Origin: Phoronis australis
Lineage: Eukaryota > Animalia > Phoronida
Length of the DNA stretch: 64,000 nt
NCBI GenBank assembly: GCA_002633005.1
Contig: NMRA01000125.1
Span: 394,413 to 458,412, forward strand
Direction: 5' to 3'
Part shown: in pieces, positions 14,501-26,500 of the stretch
How the letters are laid out: each line of letters opens with the position of its first letter
Position numbering within the stretch: the first letter of the stretch is position 1
Program-made: the position numbers and the translations under genes
The notes under the pieces: generated by a model
What the model was told of the DNA's origin: nothing
Seen by the model: the letters and a program-made list of their open reading frames with translations, nothing else
The model's database searches: none

Positions 14501-17500
14501 TTATCACAGCATTGTCCTGTGGCACAAGTCGCGTTGACCGTCAACGTACACGAGGTGGCGTTACAACACTTGTTGGTGCAGTCCTCCGGCAGGCCGCAAT
14601 CACACTCTTCCCCTGCCTCCAGGTAACCATTCCCGCACGACGGCCCATAGACAATGGACTCCGGTTTGTCATACAGACAGTAGTCCATGCCGAGCTTGAA
14701 GGCATCTGCCAGGTACTTCTTGGAGCAACTTGACCACTTGGTGGGTTGTCGACCACTGGTAAAAAACAGGCTTGGTTTATAGACCACCATACTTTACATG
14801 ATGTTTGTGACAACAAGCTTAGGTCAAAAATCACCATACTTAACTTGAAACACCACTAAAATTGATCAATCACATCAAGTAAGCATTCACAAATTTTTTT
14901 GTGGTCGGAATGGTCACTGAGAGTTGAGACTCAGTTGTTGGTCCAAGGCCATGGTTTACTGCAGGTGTCCTTCCTTTTTGGTAGGAACCATTGTTACATT
15001 TGTTAGTAGCTGTTCACATTTTTTTTTAACATTTGACTGTTTTTCAACACAGCCACATTTTGGAACACTCACTTTGTTATCATATAAGTGCAAGATAATG
15101 AATGAAGGTGTTTCTTTCAAAATATTTCATAAGTGGTGTTTACAAATTACATCCCACTCACCCTGACAAACTGCAACCAGGCCCATTATCACACCCCTTG
15201 TGTTCCCACTGCAATAAACCTAATCTGGTGAAAATACTTGACCTGTCGCAAGCTCCGCCCCTTTGCAAAAAGTCAGGTGACACCCCACAAACAAACAAAC
15301 AACATGTCAGAGGCGAATACACCGTCGCTTAACGAAGTTCCTGGTGGAATCGAGTGTTTTTTGCACTTTTCAAAAACACTTCGACAAAGAAAACAGGCGA
15401 TGCTTTTCAGCAGACAATTGAACATTTACGATGTGAGAAAAAAATGTTAAGGTGATGACGAAAAAATAATTGCTCGAGGAAAAGTATTTCGGAGCCAGCG
15501 AAAATGAATCTGAAGAACCCCCCACGGGTTCACCTTCACCTGACAAATGACAAGGCCACTGGTGCGATATGTTCATGTACACCTGGGTATGTACCTTTAA
15601 GTCCATTTATTTGTACGACGCCATAGATTTCAGGATCTTTTTAACATTTTTATTCTGCCTTCTGCTAAATTCCACCAAATGAAAAATAGGTCACAACTGG
15701 TAGGACTCCCCAAGTGCAAAGTAGCACTTAATTTATGCTTTTCTAATCTTCGAACGAAATATTTTGACTACAAAACTCATATTCATAGCTCGGGTACACA
15801 CTCATCTTGTCCTAGGCAGGCAGTTAGCTCAGATAGGTTTAGGGCTGTGTTCCAGTCAAATTAATGCATGGGACTGGCCGCAATTGCACCATTAAGACAT
15901 TAAGTTAGGTCTACTTACTTATGAACTTTGCATTTTTTGTAGTTTCATTGCATAAAAGTAGCTTTCAGTCAATTTTAAATGCAGCATAATCACTAAGTGG
16001 CGATATGGTTACAAAAGATGACAAGTCTGGTGTAGTGGCAAAAATGGCTATTAACAAAAATACCTCAACTTCTTTTTTAAAGCTTCGTAAATCTAAATAT
16101 GTTTGAACAACTTCAAATTGACCTCTCTCTAACTCTACTGGTGAAGTGTATCTCATCAAAAATTAATTCAACTGTTTATTTTTTCATGACAACTGCTCGA
16201 GCATGGCTTTGATTATAGTAATCCAGTGCCCCTCCTTGTGTTGATCGAATCTCTCAATTTTGGAGAGAAGTTCAGTTGTACGCCAGCCTACAGGTATACG
16301 TATAACAAAAATGTATCTCTCCTACGAAACCGTGAAATGATGTTCATTAGGTTAAAATAAATGAAAATTAATAAAAATGGCCTTAAAAACAATTTCCTAG
16401 GACTACCACTAGACTAGTGCTGAGATGTAGCAATTGCCGAGATAAAAGGCAGCCAGATGAGTGAAACTCCTGAGTCAAAACCAGATAGACCTACACAAGC
16501 ACAGATGAAGGTGTGTCTAGAATGCTTTGTTCTGATTGGTCAGTTAAGCCGTCAGTCATAATGCTGATGATAGGTCAACTACAGGCGCACTAATTTGTAA
16601 CAAATAATTAAACGCTCAATTAATTTCGGCATGACTTTAAGAATAAGTTTGACTAAGAGACCGCAAGGGGTAAAGCACCTCGTCTAGCCTAGTCTTGGTG
16701 TAGCAAGGTCTACAAACGGTATTCCCATGACATGTTGCCCTCTTTACCACGTCTTCCAGTGGCACACGAGTGTCAACAATGAAACATTGTCACGAAATAT
16801 CGTTCTCATACAACCTCAAGACCGACCGTCGATAACTTCCTTGGAATGTGAAAGCATATCTTAAATTGATGCTCCCCTCCTCTCCCCATTTCTCTTTCTC
16901 TGACACTATGTTATATCCAACAATTCCTGTTCCCTATCTGCCACTTTCAGAAAGTTATTGGGAGTGACCTCCCATGTCAGATAGCTGCACCTACCCACTA
17001 GTAGCAGCCATGATACATCTGCTGTCAGGGCATTCACAGCTGGGGCTATCATGCTCCATGCCAAAACTGTGACCCAGTTCGTGGGTAACCGTTGTAGCCA
17101 CCACTTGGACCGACCTTTGGTGGTCCTGTAACAACAACATTACTTACAGAAACAGACTACAGTGCCAGAGCTGAATTATAACTATGACAAGGAAACACGA
17201 AATACTTCTCACACTGGACAGCGTTAGTGATACTGAAACCTCTCGTTACGGTAAAATCTTTGGACAAAAATAATTGCAAAATCACCTTTTTTATTGAACA
17301 TTGTTGTGAAGGCTCCCAATTTTTCAAAATATTTTCTGATTGTAGCTATGGAACAGAACTACATAATCAACTAAAATTTCACTTGTCTGCTACATTGTGT
17401 CCCAAACTGGTGAGGTTTTACTATATACCAGTGTGCATCGTTTTGATACTGAACTCTAAGACAATAGTTTCATTTTGATACAGTCTAACTAGGTTTCCAG

Positions 17501-20500
17501 ATTCTTTGTAACATAACCAATTACAAGACCTCAAGTTTTAAGATTATGAGAATCCCCATAAAAAATGACATAATTTGGCTACATTTGGAACATCATCCCT
17601 GAATCACAAATGGCTGCTCAAATTCAAATGAAACTTCTAGATACCATAATCTAACTTCAGTACAACTTATTAATTAGTTTAATGAAACAATGGTTTGTAA
17701 TATGCAAGGCATCTGAACAAAATTGCCCCCTCCCAAAAATGGTCACAGGAGAGGTGTAAGCCTGCTGCATCACAGAGCCCACGGCCTATCAGGAACTGCT
17801 CTTAAATTTTTCACTTTTCCATCAACTTATATCGAAACAAGGGACTTTATGATACTTGGGAAAAACTCCAAAAAGTTTCATGAAGTACAAACGAAAAGAT
17901 AATTTAGAAAACTAAACTTCTGAGAAATCAACTTGAATCATAAGAAATTGCCATGTTGTTGATACCTTTCTTTTGATACGAACATATCGCTCATTTTTTT
18001 GGCCAATTGTACTGGAAACGCAAGGTCAAGTGTTATTTACATAGTGTTTAACTCTAAACATTTTCTACTTTCAAAAATAAATTCCACAAAAGTATATTAT
18101 TTAGCTAAAATCAGACTCGTGGATAAGGTTGAGCGTAAGAATTAGACAAACCAGAAATAAAAAGACCGGAAACTAAATGAAAACCACGCACAGTGAAAAT
18201 TTTTTTGTGAGAATATGATTACATGAATGAATGAAGTAACTCTGATATTCAAGCAAAAAGTAAAATTTGCCAAACAAAAAATCATCAAAAAAGCAAAATA
18301 CAAATATAGCATACAACCGGTGAAGATTAATAAATTAAACAAGTTATGACTAAGAACATCCATTAAGACAGAGGTAAAAGATGAAGAGAAACATAGACTG
18401 TAATTTGAAAAGTCAGACAATAGGATTTCCATCAATGTGCAATATTGTCTTCACATAACCGGTTTAGGAAGAAACAGTGCAAACATTTTTAAACACTGAA
18501 AAATATTTCAATGACAAGAACAAAAAATCATCCATCTTAAAGAAAGCAAAATTAGGTCTATTATCAAACAATTGAACTCAATAACTTTATAACTAAACAT
18601 GCAATGCGATGATTGTTTACTGACTATATTGCTGGTAGGTGAGAGGGCAAGTAATGAGTGTTTATCTTCCACCACGAGCCCAGAGGGATCCAAATTGATT
18701 GTACGGTTTTTACTAATCGACAAGGGGTCATATCTCAGGGTCAAAGTTTATGAAAGTGTTCAGGAGAGATATTGAAATGAAGCATTTTACAGAAGCTTAA
18801 CATTAGAAATACCAGCCCATGTCACAGTGTCTTGTACTTTATCAATAGATATACACAAGAACTGCAGGAGACAATGTTGGCATTGTCAAGAATCCTGATC
18901 CAAGTTTCTTTTGTGTGAAGCAGAACAATTTTCACATCAGCAACAACTGCCATAGTAACTCTTTGTAGCTTGGTAAATAATTGGCCATACCATAGTAGCA
19001 GAGTGTGTGGTGAAGGAAAGAACACTACTGGGACTGCTTAATATTAGAACAAGCTGATATCTGCCATGAAATGCACTCTTGCTCTGGAGTTAAATTACAG
19101 TACAAGCCAAAAGTATTCAAACAAAATGACCACGAATTCCCCGTGATCTTGGCGGGGCAGAAGTGAAATTTATCATCATTTAACAGTAGGCGAAATTAAA
19201 TATAGGTTATGCTACATACGCAAGAATACTACTACGATATCCCATCTCGAATTCATTTCATCTGGGAATCATGTCCCAACTCGACTGCTGCGAGTAGACT
19301 GTTGTGTCAGTAAAAACATGTACTTCATATCAGGTCAAAATTTCCTGTAAACCTCCCTAATTCTCAGTGTAGATATACCGTATGCATCTATTTGAATTAG
19401 ATTTTTGGATGATTTTGTTGAGGACGGTGGCACTTGACCTATTTACGATGACCCAGATAGAAACTTGCAAGGTTAAAAATAGCTGCCCCATCACCGTGCG
19501 TCGGAATTTTCATCAGTAAATCTTTGCTGTTACTAGAGCAGTAAAACTGGTTTTCAGGAACAACACCTTGGAGCAATGTTTCAGGTAACACAAATGAATG
19601 AGCCCCATCAAATTTGGCATCGTACATGCCAATTTATTGCACCAGGAGACTGCACACCAACCGTGAAATTCTGGCCCTACCATTGCATTAAGACTCGCTC
19701 CACTTAACCCATATTTCACGGCATTTATCAAGGTTTATTAAATGCCCGTATTCAAACATTCATGGGATAACAAACAAAAAATTCTCACGTCCAAACATAT
19801 TTCAAAAGTATTTAACGTCAGAGTGATCACCATGGCATTCTGTTATCATAAAGCAATCATTAAGATTTCTTTTCAACTTGATGTGCATAAAGTCTACTCA
19901 CATGATTCTTCAAACGTCTGAAGCGTTAAACGATTTAGTTGCCATGCATTACGTAAATTAAGTATATGTTATTGCTTAACACACAGAACAGAACAAACTC
20001 TTTGATCAAGAACATCTAGTTCCTGACGAAGGCACCCATTAGTTTGTCAGACATCACAGAACTAAGTGAGGGTGCTAGGTGTAGAGCAGTTAACAGACAC
20101 GCACAGACTCACACGGAGTGGTGTGAAACACAGGCCCAGACCAAGAGACTTGCAGAAGAAAAGGACTGGAATTTTTAACACATCACTGAAAAGGGTGGCT
20201 CAAAAATTAACATCTCGGAAGGAATTTACAGTGGGAGAAAAATTAATATTTTGGCAATGGATAAATTTTTTTCAAGCACCTTAGTGAACAGCTGATTGGT
20301 TATGGAAGTCTCTACAGGAAAAGGTCAAAGGTCAGGTCAATTCATAGATCAAACCATGCGCATAAAAACTACATGGAATAAAGGAAGGGTACACCAGAAT
20401 GTTTTGAAAGTAATACAGCAATAGTGGAAACAGGAGGGGAGGGGAGTAACAAACAGGATTCTATGGTTCACAGGGTCCTACTATCCAGACTAAACATTCA

Positions 20501-23500
20501 AAGAGAATGTAAAAAGCGGTTAGTTTGACAACCTCCAAATCAATCTTACAACCAATGTTAAAGCACATTTTGCACACTGTGATTTCCAAACAAAGAAATC
20601 AGTTTTGTTTGTAATGAAACCACTGTAACAAACCAAGAAAATCAAATGTGACAATTCCAATGTGCAGAATCAAGTTCTCTGAACCACACAATGGAAAAGA
20701 TAATTCGCGATTTCGTGGTCCATGGCAATTTTCAAACTAGATCCAACAGTTTGAAAGGTTGAATAAGGTGCTTACGAAATAGATTGATTGGAAAGTCTCT
20801 GTTAAGAATACCTGCTTCTAGTACTATTGTGCAAGGTGTCTAAACAAGTGATGTGTGAACTCATTTTTGAACCACCCTATATTTTTGGGAATTACTATGC
20901 AAGATGGCCTCGTAGACAGCATTAGCATGGCCATGCATATACACATTTGGTCCTTACCCGATTCACCCCCGCAGAGTACTGGTGCGTGCAGATAGGCTCG
21001 GGGAAAGCCCTTCCTAGCAGGGCGTTTTGAAAAACTATGCCCCTACAGAACAAAATAGATGGTGTATGCATTACAAGGCTGGCTAACCAGACGCAGGCAT
21101 TACGTTACCGCGACAACACCAGCAGAAGTCATGTGGGTGCAGATGCCATCGGAATTGGCACGGCCGACAATTAAGCCTCGAAAGAGGCGCCCCCTGATGG
21201 AACACAGCAGAATAGTCAGTAAACATCCTAGTAATACTGATGAAGGTCCTTTGTAGTCAAGCTTGACTTGAAAATATCCAAGTGTAACTTTCCAAACTGG
21301 CAATTTTTTTAAGATTTCAAACACAGTACCCAAGCCAACATGAAGCACAAGAGATAGAGTGCATATATAATGGCATGGTTTTGACAAAAACTTCTTGAAT
21401 ATTTACAATTTTAGCTCTCAAGTAAAGCTTGACAACCAAACTGTTTCAGGATGAAAGGTCAGAGAATCTCTGTGGGATCTGGACACAATACAACAAGATA
21501 CAGGGACGTTCTCCTTTCTCATACCATATTAACCGCAGCGGAATACTCATGGGTGCAAATGACGAATTTCTTAGCTTTTCCCACGACACCATCACGGAAT
21601 ACGTAACCACTGAAACAAGGTTGTTAAGGCACACGTTAACTACAAGAGCTAAAAGTAGCACACCAGATGGATGGTCTCTGTTCAGTTGTGTTATATTACA
21701 AGCAAAATAAAGCATAGATGTGCACCCATATTGGTGTCTCGCAAACGACAAGCTTCAGGGTGCTAGTGGCTGACATTTAACAGAGCAGTGAGAGACTTTA
21801 AAATTTGAAGGCAATAAAAGTGATGCTGATGTATCAATAATTTCATCTGAGATAAAACCCCAATCAAATATTCAATTGGGCGAACACAAGGTAATGAAAA
21901 GAATTAATATCAGAATAATACTAGCATTTGACCACAGATTTCATATGCTGTAATTGAGAACAGCTTTATAAAAATTTTCAAAAAATTTCAATGAGGGATT
22001 TAAATGCAGCAGTTGTTAGAGCCAATCCAATGTGTGGTCGGAATTCTACTAAGCTGCTGAGGAAGACCAGAAGGTGCACTGACCATGCATCGTGTTCACC
22101 CTCCAAGAAAGCAGAGTGATAAGTTACTGCAAGATCTGACGTTAATTTCAAAACACAAAGTTTCAATACAAATGCCTCTAAGAGTTAACTGAGGCATCAG
22201 CCACACTTTGAAGTGGTAACGAAGAAACTTTGTTTTGATCTTTGTCACTTACTCCAATAAAGCTGGTCTTACCTTGTTCTTTTTTCAGAAAGGAAGTGGT
22301 TCTCAGTTTTTGAAAAGAACTAATGCTTTGTTATAACTTAAAAGTCCAGGCACAAAATGAATAACATAACATGCTGGGACAAGCCAACTTGTAAACCTTT
22401 CTGCCAATAAGTTCTGTCATTTCATTCCAATACCAGTAATCGTTATCTATTATGGCGGAGGAATAACTTAAGACCACAATTTTTTTTTTGAGACAGATGG
22501 CTGAGTTATAACCACTTCAAAATGTTTTTAACCATGTGCTGCTTATATAGCCAAACTTTTAGTTGACAGGCTTAAAAAAGCAGAAGAAATTCACCGTTAA
22601 CAGTACATATTAGCAAGATGGACAATTGGGAAAATTTTGAGCACCAGAAAGTGCTATAACAATAAGAAAAATACAGAATGGCTCTGGCTACACATATTAA
22701 TAAATAATTAAAACATCAACGGAAAACAAATACCCACAGGGAAATGACTCAGCATCTGTTGTTCAAAAATTAGCAGGAGACAACTTATTCTTAATAAAGA
22801 GGAATCTGCAAAATTTACTTAATAATCAAGCCAAACATGAAGCCAAACCCGATGCTAAAAATAAAAAATTCCTTTAAGTTTTTGAAATGCAAAAATAGCG
22901 CTTGAAAAAGGTAATTGTGAGGAAGGGCCAACAGTAGTCTGATCCATCAAGAAACTGATGAGAGTCACTCTTGTTAAAAATGAACACACCAAACAAATTT
23001 CATGAAGATCCATCTAGAGGCTTAACAAAAAAGCAGGAGGCTTTTGAAAGTGTACAAGGCATTCTTTGGCCACATGGCGAAGCCTATTCCACTGCCATTG
23101 CAATCAAATGATTATGACTCACAGGAACCCCTGATGTGTGGGGTTCACAAGGGTAACAAAGTCTTCTAATCTCGATGTTTCTTTCAGGAAGTTGGAAAGG
23201 CAATTTCGGTACATAGGGAATCGAACAACATACGATCAAACAGATGATGGCAGTATGCGCCCGCGTACGAATACATGGGTGCATGAACAGAAAGACTTGC
23301 TGGAATAAGCTTATTTGTTTGGTCACACTATGCAAGAATTAAACACAACGTATCTGGGTGAAACTGGAAAAATAGACCAAACATGTCTAAAAAAATAGGT
23401 TTTGCTCACAGTGAGGGGTGCAATCCCACTGTTTTGTGAAAATTATTGAACAATGTTATAGTTACTGGAAGCGGACATCATAATGTAATCAGACAAAGAA

Positions 23501-26500
23501 TGGATGCATTCACACAAATTACTAGCAGTTTGTTGACAAAGCTTCAAAGAAAATCAAGAAAGGTTAATTGAAGCAAACTAGTTGGTGTGATGTGAACAAA
23601 ATTTAGTACAAACATAGATTCAACGTCGGAGTACATAGCTAATGCATGTAACTGTTTTAATTCATAAAACTTTCATCTCAGTTGACTGGAAGTTCAAACG
23701 TATTAGGATTAGTACAATGAAGTACTACTTGAGAGCCTCCAGTGCTTTTTTAGGAACAGTTTTAACATTCATAGCAGCCTTCACACCTCCTGTCTTCACT
23801 TAAAAGGATACCGAACCCCGTTTTGGCCTGTTAACCAAAACAGGATTCTGTACACTTTTACAACATAACATTCTATGAACAGTGAACCACGTCAAAAACA
23901 TTGCCCTCTTATAAGACGACGATTAACATCCAGATAGTAGGCATCATAATGAAAGTGGTACTTTTTCATGATACGAGTAGATGGAGTAGATAGTTGGTTC
24001 ACCTGAGCTTTGGGGCATTTGTAGACTACAGGTCACGTGACCTGAAGACAATGCCTTTCTACAGGAAAAACACCATTTCAACAGCAGCACCAAGTGAATT
24101 TCGAGCTCATCATAATGAAAATTTGAATAGTGATGCTCCTTATCACACAGTTTTAAAAGACGAGAGATGTGAATACGTTATATTCAGGTATAACATTTCC
24201 GCAAAATACAACTGACATCATTCACAGTTCTTAAATATTACAACGTCACACCAGCCTGAACTTACGTGATAAATTGAGCATTGTCGTTTCTATACACTGG
24301 ATTGATATAGTCCATTCTGTACTTGATGAAATTTTCCAGTGTCTCATCAGCATCACTTTTAACGGCGATCCGATCTCCTGCTGACCAAGTTTCCACGCCG
24401 ACTAGCGCAAGATAGATGTTCAGTTGGTTGAACAACTGAAAAATGAACTTCAAGTGAAAAGAAGCAATGTATTTATAATTAAGGTTATAAAAGTGTAGAA
24501 ATATGTCCAAATTTGGCCAACTTTGGAACATTATGTCTCAGAAATGACTGTTCTGATTCATATGAAATTTTCAGATGCTATGCTTTATGCAATGTTCCTC
24601 TAAACACATTTAGGAGTTGGTTTTGGTCCACTTTTGTGTGAGGTGATATAAAAAATTGGGCTTTTATGACTTTCCCGAAGGAATTCAATTACTTTTCTAC
24701 TATTTCAATTGTTCTAGTTTCTTTATGTCAATTTAACCACAGAAATCAAGACAAATGATGGAGCAAATAAAATATAGAAAATAGATCGAACCAAACTGAA
24801 TTTCTCTTACTGCGTTGGCAATATTGGCCAGCTCTACTGTTCTACGAGCCGTTTTGTTCACGTCACTGTCCAGGTCACGAAACTGAAAGGAAGAAAAATT
24901 CATTATTATTAAATAAACTGGAACTTTTTCATTGAAACCGCTCTTAGTTTTTAACTGAGGGATAGCTTGGAGTTAATGTCAATTATGTATAGAACATTAC
25001 TTTTAACACACTAAGTACCACATGTCATAGTGTTTAGACCAATGAGCCAGTGCATAAAAATCATTTTCAAGAAGTTTTTGTGCTCATTAGTGCTTTGCAT
25101 ATAGGCGCATGCACTTAAGGTATCCTATGTCTTAAGTGTTTTTTGAGTGTTCTTTGTCCGTTCTTAGTACTTTTCACTGAAATTGCTACAATAAAATGTA
25201 GTGCACACCAACACCCACCACTTTATACTTGATAAGCCAGGGTTCACATACATGCTTAAAAATAGCTTTTAATTGTTTTTTGCAAGAATGTTTCACATTT
25301 GCGCACATGCCCCTAGATGTGAAGATTGGCACAACTTAAAATTCAAGCCAATGGATCAAAATACAGACATATACTAATTCTAGCACATGGTTCAAAGCCA
25401 TGTTGTGATTTGAATCACTACACGTCTGCTACGGATACTTCTCTTAGAATGCATTAATTTTGCTCATGCAACAATGCATTTGGTATAAACAAATACCGTA
25501 TTCGCCATAATAACCGCCCAGGGCGCTTAGAAAAGTTCGTTTCAGGGGGCGCTTATTATAACCCAAGGCGATTGAAACCCGGTTTCCGAAACGGGTGAAA
25601 TCGGAAGCTAAGATTCATCAAATTTACGCTGTAACGTATCATCTATGAAAGACTTTCAACAAAACTGTGGTGCATTGCTATCAAACTTTGCTGCTAAATT
25701 ACGATCATGTTACATAAAATTGTGCTGAAATCCCAGGGCGAAAACTCGCCGACTGACTGCCTTGAAATCGCCGTCTTCGATACGGCGACGTCAATGCTTG
25801 AATAAAAATTTTGTCAACTCAAGCATATTACCTGAAATCCTCATTAAGTTTTATAAGTAGTGTCTCCAAGATTTTTTAAGTTCCCGTGGAGTCTAGATTA
25901 ACGGCAGGTTTAAGTACAAATCTGTGCAACATCGTGCCATCTACATGTGTGATCGGCAAAACGGCGAGAAAAATGTCTGGACGAACACACATGTTGTTGT
26001 CACGTGACGTTTGTTTTGAAGTTCGTCTGCGAGTAAGCGAGCGTGTGCGTGTCACCAGAGTTCATTTGCCAAAGCAGAGACCGTCTTTTGGCCAGAGCCA
26101 CGCAATCTAACTAGCTAGACGTGTCTAAAGAAATTTGCACAAGCAGTAGGCTTAAACCAGAGCGCGTTTCATTCAGCACTTGCCGGTCTCATGCTAAAAA
26201 CGTTCGACATTTGTCTCGGTAAGGCCCATATTAGTCGCCGTGTAGCTGGATGCCTACGTAACTATCTGACAGTTATTTTTAGGTGTAAGGGTGTGTAAGC
26301 ATTCACTGTCAGTTGTCATTTTATCGGATATTTGGCTTAAAAACACCAATTATGGTTAATCAAACAATCCATCTCAAAAATAACGCAAACATATTTTATA
26401 GTATTAGAAATTGTCGGAAATTAGTGCCAATATTCATTTCTTATCGATGCTATGCTACCCGTTTCATGAATGGATAGTTCCCGACTAATGTCTTTGATGA

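Noticed and set aside
19220-19310. Minus-strand [17 protein letters not shown], reminiscent of a decayed copy of the HELGH exon
   Set aside because: Flanked by stops, lacks the first and third His, and the spacing is wrong; probably chance.
24000-24060. GIVFRSRDL after a good acceptor, a possible fourth exon-10 copy
   Set aside because: Wrong phase, immediate stop, and no GxA or ICTH motif.
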